DNA of 64,000 nucleotides from a bacterium (GCA_963555815.3 CAUVWX020000001.1:544001-608000), one strand, 5' to 3'. Counted from the first letter of the stretch, positions 18,840-29,980 are shown. Made by a program: numbers and translations. Notes: generated from the sequence alone by a model not told the origin.

Positions 18840-19999
18840 AGGACGGTCGCTATGACTGCATCGTGGTCGGGGCGGGACCGGCAGGTTCTACAGCCGCAAG
18901 GAGGCTGGCCCAACGGGGATGGGAGGTTCTCCTCTTGGAGCGGGATGCCCTAGATCGCCGAAAGGCCTGCGCCGGAGGTATCAGCCCCAGGGCCTTGCGC
19001 GGCCTCGATTTCAGCATCGAGTCCGTCCTAGAGCATACCGTTGGCATGTACCAGTTCTCCTATAAGGCCCGCTCTTTCCTCAAGGGCAAGCCCATTGATC
19101 TCGCCATCCACATGGTCCGCCGCTGCCGGTTCGACGCGCTTCTCGCTCAGAAGGCCGCCGAGGCGGGGGCAAGGGTGTTGGCCCACTCTCCCGTCGAGGA
19201 GGTGCACGAAGAGGCGAAGGGCGTCTGGGTGCGGTGCGGAGAGAAGAGGTACCGAGGGGCGGCCCTCATCGGGGCCGACGGGGGCCGGGGGATTGTGGCC
19301 AAGACTCTTGGCCTCACCAAGGGCCTTCGACGGGGTCTCGCCATTGAGGCAGAAGTCCAGGTCCCACCAGAAGCCCTCGGACTCGCTCAAAAGGCCATCC
19401 ACTTCGATCTCGGCGCCCTCCCCCGGGGCTACCGTTGGATCTTCCCTAAAGGGGACCATCTCAACATCGGGGCCATCACCACCCTCGACCGCGTGGGGGG
19501 CCTGAAGGCCTCTCTCATGGATTACCTCCAGAATCATCCCCTGCTTCGAGAGAATTCGAATCTCAGCATAACGGGTGCTTCCGTCCCTCTCCGATCGAGT
19601 CATGCCCCGCTGAACACTTCCCGGGCCATCGTCTGTGGAGACGCCGCGGGCCTCATCGATCCCCTCACGGGCGAGGGGATCCAGTACGCCATCGAGACGG
19701 GGAACCTGGGGGCAGAGGTCGTAGATGGCTTCCTGAAGAGGGGAGAGTCCCTAGAGGCCTACAGCCGCCACATCGGTCAGACAGTCATCACCGAGCTCAC
19801 CTTTGCCGACCGGTTCGCCCGCCTCCTCCTGGACCACCCATACATCTGCTATCTCACGGGCGTGAGGAGCCAGCGGGTGATGAACCTTCTGGCCGACATG
19901 GCCTCGGGACGAAAGACCTACTCCCAGATCTACCGGGAGACCCGCAAGAGGTTCGCCTGGCGCTTCCAAAGGCTCATCTTCGAGGGGATCGGGATCTAA
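18836..19999 (+). CDS. Geranylgeranyl reductase family flavoprotein
   Basis: VGAGPAGS, KACAGG, GYRWIFPK and GDAAGLIDPLTGEGI. Confidence 0.9.
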   Translation: MKDGRYDCIVVGAGPAGSTAARRLAQRGWEVLLLERDALDRRKACAGGISPRALRGLDFSIESVLEHTVGMYQFSYKARSFLKGKPIDLAIHMVRRCRFDALLAQKAAEAGARVLAHSPVEEVHEEAKGVWVRCGEKRYRGAALIGADGGRGIVAKTLGLTKGLRRGLAIEAEVQVPPEALGLAQKAIHFDLGALPRGYRWIFPKGDHLNIGAITTLDRVGGLKASLMDYLQNHPLLRENSNLSITGASVPLRSSHAPLNTSRAIVCGDAAGLIDPLTGEGIQYAIETGNLGAEVVDGFLKRGESLEAYSRHIGQTVITELTFADRFARLLLDHPYICYLTGVRSQRVMNLLADMASGRKTYSQIYRETRKRFAWRFQRLIFEGIGI

Positions 20000-20051
20000 G
20001 CAGGGCTTCGCCACAAATCCTTCGCCCCCTGTATAACGCCAGAGCAGTTTC

Positions 20052-21752
20052 TTAGGAAATTCCCAGGATCTCCCGGGCGTGACGGCGGGTCGTCTCTGTG
20101 ACGGCCTTCCCTCCCGACATCCTCGCGATCTCCTCGACACGATCTTCCAGGGTGAGAGACCGCACCTCGGTCCTCGTCCGACCCCTTGAGGGCGCCTTTG
20201 AGATGAGGAAGTGGTGGTCAGCCAGAGCGGCGATCTGGGGGAGGTGGGTGATGCAGAAGACCTGGCGGCCCCGGGAGGTGCCCTTGAGTTTTTGGCCGAC
20301 CACCTCGGCGACGGCCCCGCCGATGCCGGCGTCCACCTCGTCAAAGACGAGCGTGGGGACCTGATCCCGATCCGCCAGAACCGCCTTGACGGCAAGCATC
20401 ACGCGGGAGAGCTCCCCTCCCGAGGCGATCCGAGAAAGGGGCCGAAGCCCCTCGCCGGGATTGGGCTCGAACTGAAACTCGACCCGGTCAATCCCCTCCT
20501 CCGAGAGGCGAAGCCTTTTTCCATCCCGCTCGACGAAGCTCTCCGGGTCCTCTTCCTCCCACAGGGGCACCTCAAAGGAGACCCGCTTCATCCCGAGGGT
20601 CTGGATCTCCCTCTCGATGGACTTGGAGAGGTGGAGGGCACCCTCGCGCCTCACCTTAGAGAGGAGAAGGGCCTCCTTTGCCACCTTCGACCGAAGGGTG
20701 TCAAGGGCCCGGGTGGTCTCGGCGAGTGTCTCCTCGCGCCGGGACAGGGACTCCAGCTCCTGCTGGGCTTCTTGCTGAACGGTCAACACGGAATCCAGGG
20801 ACCCGCCATATTTCTTCTTCAGCGTCCGAAGGAGGTGGAGACGCTCTTCAGCCTGCTGAAGGCGTTCGGAGTTCGCCTCGACGCGTTCGGCGTAGTCCCG
20901 GAGCCCACGGGCCAACTCTTCCACCTGGAGGAGGGCTTCTTTCCCCTCCTGCGCTGCCCCCGCCTGCTCCGGGTCGATCTCGCCAAGACGCGCCAGGAGC
21001 CCTGTCAAGGAGGCGAGCCGTTCGGTGACGGAACCCTCTGAGCTATAGAGCGCCTCAAAGACCTCTTGAGCGAGCTGCCGTCTCTCTTCAGCATGAGAGA
21101 GGAGGCGGATCTCGGCCTCGAGGGTCTCCTCTTCCCCGGCGAGGACACGGGCCCCTTCGATCTCCCGGACCTGGAATTCAAGAAGTTCTATCCGACTCTG
21201 TTGGTGGGCCTCCTCCTGCTCAAGCTCTCTCTTTCTGGCCTCCAGCGCCCGGACCTCGCGGACCCCTTCGGCCAGGGCCCCTCGCTTCCCCTCCAGGCCA
21301 GCGAAGGCATCGAGGACCTCCAGATGGTTCTCCGGGTGGAGGAGGCGCTGGTGTTGGTGCTGGCCATGGATGTCGACGAGGAATTCCCCGATCTTGTCGA
21401 GCATTCCCACCGTGGCGGGGGCCCCGTTGACGTAGCAGCGGTTTTTCCCCTCTGAGGAGACGACCCGACGCAGGAGGAGATCGGCCCCCTCGGTGGAGAG
21501 GCCAAGGGCGGCGGCGCGCTGAAGGGCGTATGCATCCTCCTTCAGCGAAAAGAGGCCCGAGACCTCGGCATCCCGGGCACCCTTTCGGATGAAGTCTGAA
21601 GAGGCCCGGCCCCCCAGCAAGAGGTGAAGGCCCTGGAAGATGATGGACTTTCCAGCCCCTGTCTCCCCCGTCAGGACATTGAGGCCCCGGCCAAATTCAA
21701 CCGAGAGATCTTCGATGAGGGCGAAGTTTCGGATGTGAAGGGAGCTCAGCAT
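20052..21752 (-). CDS. recN: DNA repair protein RecN
   Basis: TGETGAGKS, ASGGELSR, FDEVDAGIGG and ITHLPQIA. Confidence 0.96.
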   Translation of the reverse strand: MLSSLHIRNFALIEDLSVEFGRGLNVLTGETGAGKSIIFQGLHLLLGGRASSDFIRKGARDAEVSGLFSLKEDAYALQRAAALGLSTEGADLLLRRVVSSEGKNRCYVNGAPATVGMLDKIGEFLVDIHGQHQHQRLLHPENHLEVLDAFAGLEGKRGALAEGVREVRALEARKRELEQEEAHQQSRIELLEFQVREIEGARVLAGEEETLEAEIRLLSHAEERRQLAQEVFEALYSSEGSVTERLASLTGLLARLGEIDPEQAGAAQEGKEALLQVEELARGLRDYAERVEANSERLQQAEERLHLLRTLKKKYGGSLDSVLTVQQEAQQELESLSRREETLAETTRALDTLRSKVAKEALLLSKVRREGALHLSKSIEREIQTLGMKRVSFEVPLWEEEDPESFVERDGKRLRLSEEGIDRVEFQFEPNPGEGLRPLSRIASGGELSRVMLAVKAVLADRDQVPTLVFDEVDAGIGGAVAEVVGQKLKGTSRGRQVFCITHLPQIAALADHHFLISKAPSRGRTRTEVRSLTLEDRVEEIARMSGGKAVTETTRRHAREILGIS

Positions 21753-21768
21753 GGGCGGGCCCCCACAC

Positions 21769-22653
21769 TCATGGGTCGACCTCGGCGCTCCTCTCGCCCG
21801 GTCGCGCCCCCCAGCCGAGCTTGCTTCGAAGGAGGTGGAAAAAATCTTTCTGGTGAGCCTTGATGAGGCGAAGCGTATGCGGGCTCTTTTTGACCTCCAC
21901 CACGTCGCAGTGCTGGAGGGGAAAGCCCGCCTGCCCATCAAGCGTCACGTGGACGTCCTCGTCCGGGGTCGTCAGGACCACCTCAATCCGGGCGCTTTCG
22001 GGAAGGACCAGAGCGCGGTTCGAGATGGTGAAGGGGCAGATGGGGTTCACGAGGAGGGCTGGGAGCGTGGGGTGAATAATGGGACCCCCTGCCGCGAGGG
22101 AGTAGGCAGTTGAGCCGGTGGGGGTCGAGATAATGAGGCCGTCGGCCCTGTAAGAGGTCACATATTTTCCGTCGACATATGCCTCCAGTTCCACAATCCT
22201 GGCCAGGGCCCCCTTGTTGATCACCACGTCGTTCAGGACCACATATTCTGCGACCCGTTTCCCACTCCGGTGGATGTGAGCGACCAGCGTCAAGCGCTCC
22301 TCTATCTCGTATTTTCCCTTGAGGACTTCCTCCAGCGCCGGGTAAAGCTCTGTGAGCGTCACCTCCGTGAGAAATCCCAAAGAGCCCAAGTTGACCCCCA
22401 GGATGGGAACCTGAAGGCCGTCCACGTGCCGGGCGACACTCAGCATGGTCCCGTCTCCCCCGAGGACGATGAGCATCTCCACTAAGAAAGGAAGGTCCTG
22501 CCGCTCATGGGAAGAGGAGAGGTCATTGAGGGCCGCCGTCTCACGGTCCATGTAGACCGTGCTCCCCCGAGCCTCAAGCCACCCCGTGAGCTCGTGGACG
22601 ACGGCCTGGGCTCTTTCCTTTTGGGGCTTGCAGATGACGCCGATCTTCTTCAT
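21769..22653 (-). CDS. nadK: NAD+ kinase
   Basis: GGDGT, LND and DGLIISTPTGSTAYSLAAGGP. Confidence 0.96.
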   Translation of the reverse strand: MKKIGVICKPQKERAQAVVHELTGWLEARGSTVYMDRETAALNDLSSSHERQDLPFLVEMLIVLGGDGTMLSVARHVDGLQVPILGVNLGSLGFLTEVTLTELYPALEEVLKGKYEIEERLTLVAHIHRSGKRVAEYVVLNDVVINKGALARIVELEAYVDGKYVTSYRADGLIISTPTGSTAYSLAAGGPIIHPTLPALLVNPICPFTISNRALVLPESARIEVVLTTPDEDVHVTLDGQAGFPLQHCDVVEVKKSPHTLRLIKAHQKDFFHLLRSKLGWGARPGERSAEVDP

Positions 22654-22694
22654 AGACGTTGGGAGACCTCCCACCACTGGCTTCAGCCCCTAGA

Positions 22695-23972
22695 TTAACC
22701 CTTCCCGGGCTCCTCTGGAAACGGCAAGAGAGACTCCTCTGAGAAGGCCGACTCCTCAAGTTGCTCTCCGGTCAGACGGACAACCGCCCCGGAATACCGG
22801 TTCAGGTGACGTTGGGCCTTGGAAAATGCCTCCTGCGCCTTGTCCAGGCCCTTGCCAACCTCCCCGAACTTCTGCTCAAAGTGGCCGAAGTGTCGCTGGG
22901 CCTTTTGGACCTCCTCGATGGTCTTTTCCACGCCTCTGGCCATTTCATAGTAATCATGGGCCACCGCGATCCCACGAAGCGTAATGGCGAGTGTGTTCGG
23001 AGAGACGGGGAAGACGCGCTTCTTTGAGAGGTTCTCATAGAGCGCTCCATCGCGGATGGCCTCAAAGTAGAGCGTCTCGCTCGGCAAGAACATGAGGGCC
23101 ATGTCCATGCTCCCCGTGTCGGTCCGGATGTATTCACTGATCCGAGCGGCTTCCCGCTTGAGGAGTTTCCCGAAGGTCTTTCGCGCTTCAGCGAGCGCTT
23201 CTGGATCCCCCGTCTCAAAGAGGGCCAGGATCTGCTCGCGGGGGAACTTACTGTCGATGGGGAGGCTCGCCCTGGGGAACTTGACCAGGGCATCTACCCT
23301 GCCGCCCCCCTCCACTCCCGCCTGAAGCTCATACATATGACTGGGGAGGAAATCGGACAAAAGCCGCTCCAGCGTGGCCTCCCCAAACCCCCCTCGGAGG
23401 TGGGGGAGCTTGAGGAGATTGTTCAGCTCGTTGATGGAGGTCCCGACGGCTCCAACACTCTGGAGCTGGGCCTCGGCAGCCTTGAGATGTTCCTGAACCT
23501 TTTCAAAATGCTTAAATCCTTCCTGAATATTTTGATCCAACTTCGTCTGAACCTTCTGCCCGATCTCACTCAGGCGCTCATCGACCTTGGTTCGGATGGC
23601 CTCGAGTTGCCTCTTGCTTCCCTCCTCGAGGTCCTTGAACTTCCGCTCCAGAGACTCGGTGGTCCGAGAGAGCCCTTCCTGGGACTCACGCCGGCCCTGG
23701 GAGAGCTGCTCCTCGACCCGTTTCTCAAGGTTCAAAAACCCCTTCGAGAGGCGGTCTGAGATCTCCTGTCTGAGGTCACCCGAGCTTCTCGCGATCCGCT
23801 CCGCCAGATCCGCCGTCTGTCTTTGTAAGGCCTCCCCCACCTTCTGCCCTGAGAGGATATCAATCCCCCCCGACAGACCCCCGCTGTCCCCAGAGCCCCT
23901 CAGCCTCCAGAGGATGAAAAGCCCCAGGGCCAGCGTCAGGAGAAAGCCTGCGATGAGGATGAATAGCTCCAT
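22695..23972 (-). CDS. rmuC: DNA recombination protein RmuC
   Basis: N-terminal TM, coiled coil, RGGFGE, IDSKFP, MFLPSE and VSPNT. Confidence 0.9.
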   Translation of the reverse strand: MELFILIAGFLLTLALGLFILWRLRGSGDSGGLSGGIDILSGQKVGEALQRQTADLAERIARSSGDLRQEISDRLSKGFLNLEKRVEEQLSQGRRESQEGLSRTTESLERKFKDLEEGSKRQLEAIRTKVDERLSEIGQKVQTKLDQNIQEGFKHFEKVQEHLKAAEAQLQSVGAVGTSINELNNLLKLPHLRGGFGEATLERLLSDFLPSHMYELQAGVEGGGRVDALVKFPRASLPIDSKFPREQILALFETGDPEALAEARKTFGKLLKREAARISEYIRTDTGSMDMALMFLPSETLYFEAIRDGALYENLSKKRVFPVSPNTLAITLRGIAVAHDYYEMARGVEKTIEEVQKAQRHFGHFEQKFGEVGKGLDKAQEAFSKAQRHLNRYSGAVVRLTGEQLEESAFSEESLLPFPEEPGKG

Positions 23973-24187
23973 GAACTCGCCTGAGATTTAGAACCGCCTT
24001 TCTACGAGGGCTGAGATTTCATGGAAGGCCAAATAATTCAATGGGTTGATTTACTCCAGGCCCCCTTGGCTGCGGGTTTTCTCCCCGTTGAAGTATCCTA
24101 CTTTTTCTCGCCCTTTAATTCAATTTAGAGAAGAAGAGCGTGGGAACAAGTCCACGAGGTGAAACATTTTTGGGACCACGTCGTGAT

Positions 24188-25558
24188 TCATCCAGATCGG
24201 GGGTTTTTCCCATCCGGGCGTTCCGCCTCATAGGCCTCGGCCAGGAGCTCGACCGGGTGCACCACCCGGACGGAGAGGCCCCGGCGTCTAAGCCCGCCCG
24301 CGATCTGAATGAGACAGCCCGGGTTTCCCATCGCCACGACGGGCGCCTCTGTCTCCTCGATATGCCTCACCTTTCGCTCTAGAAGACGCTCAGCCATTTC
24401 GGGCTCGGTGAGGTTGTACGTGCCTGCGCTCCCGCAGCAGACATCGGTCTCGGAGAGCTCCACAAGTGTTAGGCCGGGAAGGCTCCTCAAAATGTCCCGG
24501 GGAGGACGTCGCACCTTCTGAGCGTGGACCAGGTGGCAGGCCTCGTGATAGGTCACGCGAAGATTTAAAATGCCCCTGGGACTTCGAAACCCCTGGCTGA
24601 CAAGAAATTCGGAGATGTCCCGGACTTTCTCGGAAAAGCGCTCTGCCCGTTCCCGGTAGCCGGGCTCTACCTTCAGAAGTTCTCCATACTCCTTCATGAA
24701 GGAACTGCAACCGGCCGAATTGGTGATGACAAATTTTGCCCCTGACGCCAGGAAGCTGTCGATATTCTTGCGGGCAAGGCGCCTGGCCGTTTCTCGGTCT
24801 CCTGAATGGCCGTGCAGGGCCCCGCAACAAATCTGGGCCTCCGGGACGAGGACGGAATAGCCGTTTTCAGCCAGGACCTAAATGGTGGCTCGGTGGATAT
24901 GGCTGAAGGCGAGGCTCATGACGCAACCTGTCTGGAGGGCGACAGGGGGTTTTCGGGTCCCGGTGTCCCCAGCCCCTTTCCCGACCTCTCTTCGAAGGGC
25001 CCGGGAAGAAATGGGCGGCATCATGGCCTCCAAATCCAGAAGCTGCTTTGGAACGAGTCTGAAGAAACCCGAAGCTTTTAGGAAGTTTCGGAGTCCGCTT
25101 CGCCGGTAGAAATCAAGGAGCACGGCCACTTTCGAGAGACGGGTCGGATGGGGGAGGAGGTGGCGGAGGGCCATCCGGCGTAGCCACCCGTATCCCGATC
25201 CCGACCCCCTCGCCTTCTCCACTCCCACCCTTGCCACCTCGATAAGACGCCCATACTGGACCCCCGATGGACAGGCCGTCTCGCAGGCCCGGCACCCCAG
25301 GCACAGGTCGAGATGGCGCTGGACGATGGGGGTATAACCGATGAGCCCCTCCGCCACGCCCCGCATGAGGTAGATCCGGCCCCGGGGGGAATCAAGCTCG
25401 TTGCCAAGCTCCATATAGGTGGGACAGGCGGGCAGACAGAGACCACAGTGAATGCAGTCCGTCAGGAGGTCCATAGAGAGGACGTCGGGCCCTTCACTCG
25501 GCCAAAGATTTTCACGCTCAGGGTCCCTCACGCCGGTTCCCTGGACTGTCGGATTCAT
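24188..25558 (-). pseudogene. glcF: Glycolate oxidase Fe-S subunit GlcF with in-frame TAG at 24878-24880
   Basis: CIHCGLCLPACP and CLGCRACETACP, then HRATI*VLAENG..CCGALH..; both CCG domains are in the same frame. Confidence 0.85.
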
Positions 25559-25574
25559 CCTCTCTCGAGCCTCC

Positions 25575-26948
25575 TCAGATCCAACCCAAAAACCGACCCG
25601 GATTGAATAGCCCCCCCGAGTCCAGGGCGGCCTTTGCCCGACGCATGAGCTCCAGATTCAGGGCGGGCACAGAAACCTCGTCCCAGAGGTCGAGGGTCTC
25701 CTTCAGACGCGAATCCATCGTCTCCAGGATAGCATGGCCCCCCACCTCCCGGACCGCCCCCCGGACCCTCGCCACCATGTCCCGGACCCGCTCAGTGGGC
25801 AGCGCCCCTCTCTCTCGCCCAAACCAGACCCGGACGACCCCGCTTCCTGCGTGAGCCTGAAAGCGCCCTTCAAGACCCTCGTATCGAAGGGGTCTCCCCT
25901 CCTCCAAGACCCTCTCGATGGCCCAGCCCACCCGGGTCAGAGGGACCATCAGCCTGAGGAGGAAACCTCCCTGCTGGACTGGCGAGAGCGAGGAATCTTG
26001 GAGGGAAAAGAATCTTCTCGCCAGAGTGGCATCCTGGTCTTTGAGTCGAATGAAAACCTCAGCCCCGGCCTGGCGAAGAAGAGATTCTGCCCGGTCCTGC
26101 TGCCCCTCCACCTCCGCTCGGTTTCCTGAAAACCCAACCCCGAGGACATGGGGAAATTTTTCAAGTTTTTCAAGAGGGAGGTTCAGCCCCTTCTCGCTAA
26201 AAAATTCTCCCTGGAGCCATTCCAGATAGATGGGCAAAAACCTTGCGCCCAAGAGGGCTTCTAGTCCTGCTTGGGCCTTTTCGGACTCCCCGAAGCCCGC
26301 CAGGAGGGACCCTTCCCCTGCGGCCTGAGAGTGGAGCTTGAAGGTGATCTCTGACATCACGCCCAAGATACCGAGAGAGCCAATGTAAAGTTTATTGAGG
26401 TCGTACCCGGCAACGCTCTTGACCACGCGGGCCCCAAAGGTGATGGGCCTTCCGTCGGCAAGCAGGACCCGCATTCCCAGGATGAGGTCCCGCGGGGCCC
26501 CGAATCCCAGGCGAAGGGGGCCGCTTGCGTTGGTGGCCGCTATTCCGCCCAAGGTCGCCGAGTCCCCCTCGGGTGGGTCGACGGGAAGGTGCTGTTGATG
26601 TTCTTGCAGAAAGGCGTTCAACTCACCCAGGGTCGTGCCCGCTCTCGCCGTGATGACAAAATCGGCCTCTTGGTACTCGACGACGCCCGAAAGGCGCCGG
26701 GTCCCAATCACCCAGTCGAGGCGCGAAGGCCAGTAGCCCAGGTGCTGCATGGTCCCGCCACCCCAGGGGACGAGGGCCTTCCCCTCGGCGCTGGCCAGAC
26801 GGAGGATGGAGGAGAGCTCTCCCTCATCCGCCGGGAATAGAACGGCCTCCGGCCTCATTCCACCGAGGGCGTAGGGCTCCATTCCCGCGCCGTCCTGGAC
26901 GCCCCCGGGCCCTAAAATATCCCGGACCTGTTGAAGGGCTTGCCCCAT
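25575..26948 (-). CDS. glcE: FAD-binding glycolate oxidase subunit GlcE-like
   Basis: ATLGG, VVKSVAGYDL and GSLGILG; located between glcD and glcF. Confidence 0.82.
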   Translation of the reverse strand: MGQALQQVRDILGPGGVQDGAGMEPYALGGMRPEAVLFPADEGELSSILRLASAEGKALVPWGGGTMQHLGYWPSRLDWVIGTRRLSGVVEYQEADFVITARAGTTLGELNAFLQEHQQHLPVDPPEGDSATLGGIAATNASGPLRLGFGAPRDLILGMRVLLADGRPITFGARVVKSVAGYDLNKLYIGSLGILGVMSEITFKLHSQAAGEGSLLAGFGESEKAQAGLEALLGARFLPIYLEWLQGEFFSEKGLNLPLEKLEKFPHVLGVGFSGNRAEVEGQQDRAESLLRQAGAEVFIRLKDQDATLARRFFSLQDSSLSPVQQGGFLLRLMVPLTRVGWAIERVLEEGRPLRYEGLEGRFQAHAGSGVVRVWFGRERGALPTERVRDMVARVRGAVREVGGHAILETMDSRLKETLDLWDEVSVPALNLELMRRAKAALDSGGLFNPGRFLGWI

Positions 26949-27029
26949 GCAGGCTTTCCTACGAGGGGGTAGATATCAGGACCGTGAATCCTGGACGGCT
27001 TAAAACGCCCGTCGGCAAGGGGGCTTATC

Positions 27030-28475
27030 TCAGATCCAGAGGCCGGCCGGAACCCGCCTCCTGCCAGCCTTTACCTCGCCGCAGCGCCCAGGGGTGGGAA
27101 AGATCTTGGCCGGATTGCAAATCCCACCGGGGTCGAAGACGGCCTTCACTCTCTTCATGGTCTCGATAGCGTCTTCGCTGAATTGGGAGGGAAGATCTAC
27201 CATCTTTTCCACGCCGATCCCATGCTCACCCGTGAGAGAGCCGCCGAGCTCGACACACATCTGAAGGATCTCAGAACCGGCCCGAATTGTCTTCTCCGTC
27301 TCGCCCGGGTTTCGCTCATCAAAGAGGATGATGGGGTGGAGGTTTCCGTCCCCCGCGTGGAAGACATTGGCGATAGTGAGTCCGTGCTTTTCGCCGATGG
27401 TTTCTATCCGCCGAATGGCCTCGGCGATCCGGCTCCTGGGGACCGTCCCGTCGAGGCAGTAGAGATTGGGGCTCAGCTGCCCGAAGGCGCCGAAGGCCAT
27501 CTTCCGGCCGGCCCAAAGCCGCGTTCGCTCTTCCTGGGTCTGGGCTACCCGGAACTCCGTTGCGTCATTCATCCGACAGGCCCTTTCGATCTCCTGGACC
27601 CCTTCCTCCATGCCCGCCACCGGACCATCGAGCTCGATGAGGAGGACGGCCGTCGCGGTCTGGGGAAACCCGCTCTCCAGAGTCTTTTGCACCGCCCGGA
27701 TGGTGTGGCGATCGATCATCTCCAGGGCCGCCGGGATAATGCCGTTGGCGATGATGTCGGAGACGCTCTGGCAGGCCGAGTCCATGGAGTTGAATACCGC
27801 AAGCATGGTTTTTGTCCCCTCGGGAAGCGGGAGGAGCCGGACCGTGAGCTGGGTGATGATGCCGAGGATCCCCTCCGAGCCGATGATCACACCCCGAAGG
27901 TCCAGGCCCGGGACGTCTTCCACACTGCCCCCCAGCCTGGCCACCTCGCCATTTGGGAGGACCATTTCGATCCCCAGAACGTGGTTCGTCGTCACCCCGT
28001 ACTTCAGACAGTGGGGGCCCCCTGAATTCTCCGCCGCATTCCCGCCGAGGGTGCACGCCATCTGGCTGGAAGGGTCCGGGGCATAGTAATAACCCATGGG
28101 GCCGACGGCCTCAGAGAGATGGAGGTTGACCACACCGGGCTGCACCACCGCCCGCCGGTTCGCAACGTCCACCGCGAGGATGCGATTCATTCGGGAAAAG
28201 CCGATGAGGATACCCTCTTCCGAAGGGAGCGCCCCCCCGCTGAGGCCCGTCCCAGCGCCCCGGGCCACAAAAGGAATATCCATCCCGGCAGCCAGCTTGA
28301 CGACCTCAACCACTTCTTCTGTCGTGGCCGGGAGGACTACCGCAATCGGAAGGGTTCGATAAATGGTGAGGGCGTCGCACTCATAGACCAGAACCTCCTC
28401 CTTCTCAGAGAGGACATGCTCTCTGCCCAGGACGGACCGAAGGCCCTGGACCAGCTCCTCCTTACGGGCGTTCAT
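27030..28475 (-). CDS. glcD: Glycolate oxidase FAD-linked subunit GlcD
   Basis: RGAGTGLSGGA, YAPDPSS, HAGDGNLHP and GEHGIG. Confidence 0.9.
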   Translation of the reverse strand: MNARKEELVQGLRSVLGREHVLSEKEEVLVYECDALTIYRTLPIAVVLPATTEEVVEVVKLAAGMDIPFVARGAGTGLSGGALPSEEGILIGFSRMNRILAVDVANRRAVVQPGVVNLHLSEAVGPMGYYYAPDPSSQMACTLGGNAAENSGGPHCLKYGVTTNHVLGIEMVLPNGEVARLGGSVEDVPGLDLRGVIIGSEGILGIITQLTVRLLPLPEGTKTMLAVFNSMDSACQSVSDIIANGIIPAALEMIDRHTIRAVQKTLESGFPQTATAVLLIELDGPVAGMEEGVQEIERACRMNDATEFRVAQTQEERTRLWAGRKMAFGAFGQLSPNLYCLDGTVPRSRIAEAIRRIETIGEKHGLTIANVFHAGDGNLHPIILFDERNPGETEKTIRAGSEILQMCVELGGSLTGEHGIGVEKMVDLPSQFSEDAIETMKRVKAVFDPGGICNPAKIFPTPGRCGEVKAGRRRVPAGLWI

Positions 28476-28554
28476 GGGTTCTCTGCGGCTCAAGAGGGAT
28501 AATGGTGGCTTCTAAACGTCTCAATGGCGTCGTTGCCAGAAGGAAACAATACGA

Positions 28555-29109
28555 TTAGCCCTCGTACTCCTCTTCCAGCAGGATCTCGATCATCCTCCTG
28601 GTCCGGAAGTAACCCCCCTCACCGATCCGGATGTGACGGATGACCCCTGTCTTGTCGACGAGATACTTGGTGGGCCAGTAGCGGTTCCGGTAGGCGTTCC
28701 AGTTCGCAAACTCGTTGTCGAGGGACACCGGATAGTGAACCCCAAGCTTTTGGAGCGCCTGGCGGACGTTTTCCAGCTTCCGCTCATAGGAGAACTCGGG
28801 CGCGTGATTGCCGATGATCACCAAACCCCGATCTTTGAACTCTTCATGCCAGGCCGCCAACTGCGGCACGTCGTTGCGGCAGTTGAATCACCCGAAGGTC
28901 CACATGTCCACCAGGACGACCTTCCCCCGGAGGGACGACCAATCCAAGGGCTCCGAGTTCAGCCACAGGTCACTGCGGATGGGGGGCGCCTCCTGGCCTA
29001 GCTCGGAGTAGGCGGAAATGTGGGCCCGGCCTGGGAAAAAAAGGAATGTGGCCAGAGAGAAGGCCAAGATCCCCAGGATCCAGAAGAGACTCCGAAACGC
29101 AGGCTTCAT
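28555..29109 (-). CDS. Exported DipZ/TlpA-like redoxin, probable selenoprotein (UFNC; TGA at 28888-28890)
   Basis: Two track ORFs join in frame: KVVLVDMWTFG-U-FNCRNDVPQL...GNHAPEF...NRYWP; hairpin immediately after TGA. Confidence 0.85.
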
Positions 29110-29289
29110 CGTTTCCTCCTCAAAAGGACCGGAGAAAAGGCTCCAATAGTCTCATCATTATACAATGAAAACGCCGTCCAAGCTTGGCCGAAATTGGTTC
29201 TTATATTGATCGCGGAGGCCCTCTTCGGTTATCCTCTAAGGGCCTTTCTCTTCTCCCCGCCCAACCATCCCTGCCTGAGGACATTTCCT

Positions 29290-29832
29290 ATGGACTTGAC
29301 TACCCTCAAAGACCTTTTAGAGGCCGCGCTGATCATCGTCGGCCTCCCGCTCGCCTTCTTCGGGGTCTACCGGATGCAGCGCCGGGAGATCTCGACCAGG
29401 GAGGAAACCATCCACGGTCTTCGGACAGATTTCACGTCGCTTCAGGAGAAATTTCGCTCCTACTCCGATGAGGTCATCACCAAGCACCGGGAGACCTGGG
29501 CACGGATCCAGGAGCAAGAAGGTGCCCTCCTGGCCGGCCACCGGCAGCGCACCCTGGAATCCTTCGGGGCGCAATTTGCCGCCTTCGAAAGAAAACTCCT
29601 AGGGGTCCAGGATGACCTCGGCCATCTGAGGGGGAACCTCCTGGGGACCTTCGAAGATTTCTATGACCATCGCCGTCACGCCCTCTTGACCCGTGAGGCG
29701 GCGGGAGCGACCTCTTGGGAGCTCCTGGCCGAGACCCGCCAAGGGTATATGGAGGACCCCTTCGTGGCTGGCGCCATGCAGACCCCGGCGAGGGACCGCC
29801 AGGGTGACGGCAAAAACCCTTCCCCAGGCTGA
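29290..29832 (+). CDS. Hypothetical protein with one TM helix and a coiled coil
   Basis: MDLTTLKDLLEAALIIVGLPLAFFGV followed by a helical charged region. Confidence 0.55.
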   Translation: MDLTTLKDLLEAALIIVGLPLAFFGVYRMQRREISTREETIHGLRTDFTSLQEKFRSYSDEVITKHRETWARIQEQEGALLAGHRQRTLESFGAQFAAFERKLLGVQDDLGHLRGNLLGTFEDFYDHRRHALLTREAAGATSWELLAETRQGYMEDPFVAGAMQTPARDRQGDGKNPSPG

Positions 29833-29980
29833 CACGGGTTTTTTAGGGTTTAGAGCGGGAAGAAAAGCGTCTTTCAAGAGAGAAGAAGCGCCTCGCAAGG
29901 TATGGCTCTGGCTGCGGGGAGGTGATCATCCTGAAAAGTCTTTCAGGTAGCTGAGAGATTTTTAGGCGAGGGTGAACCTT

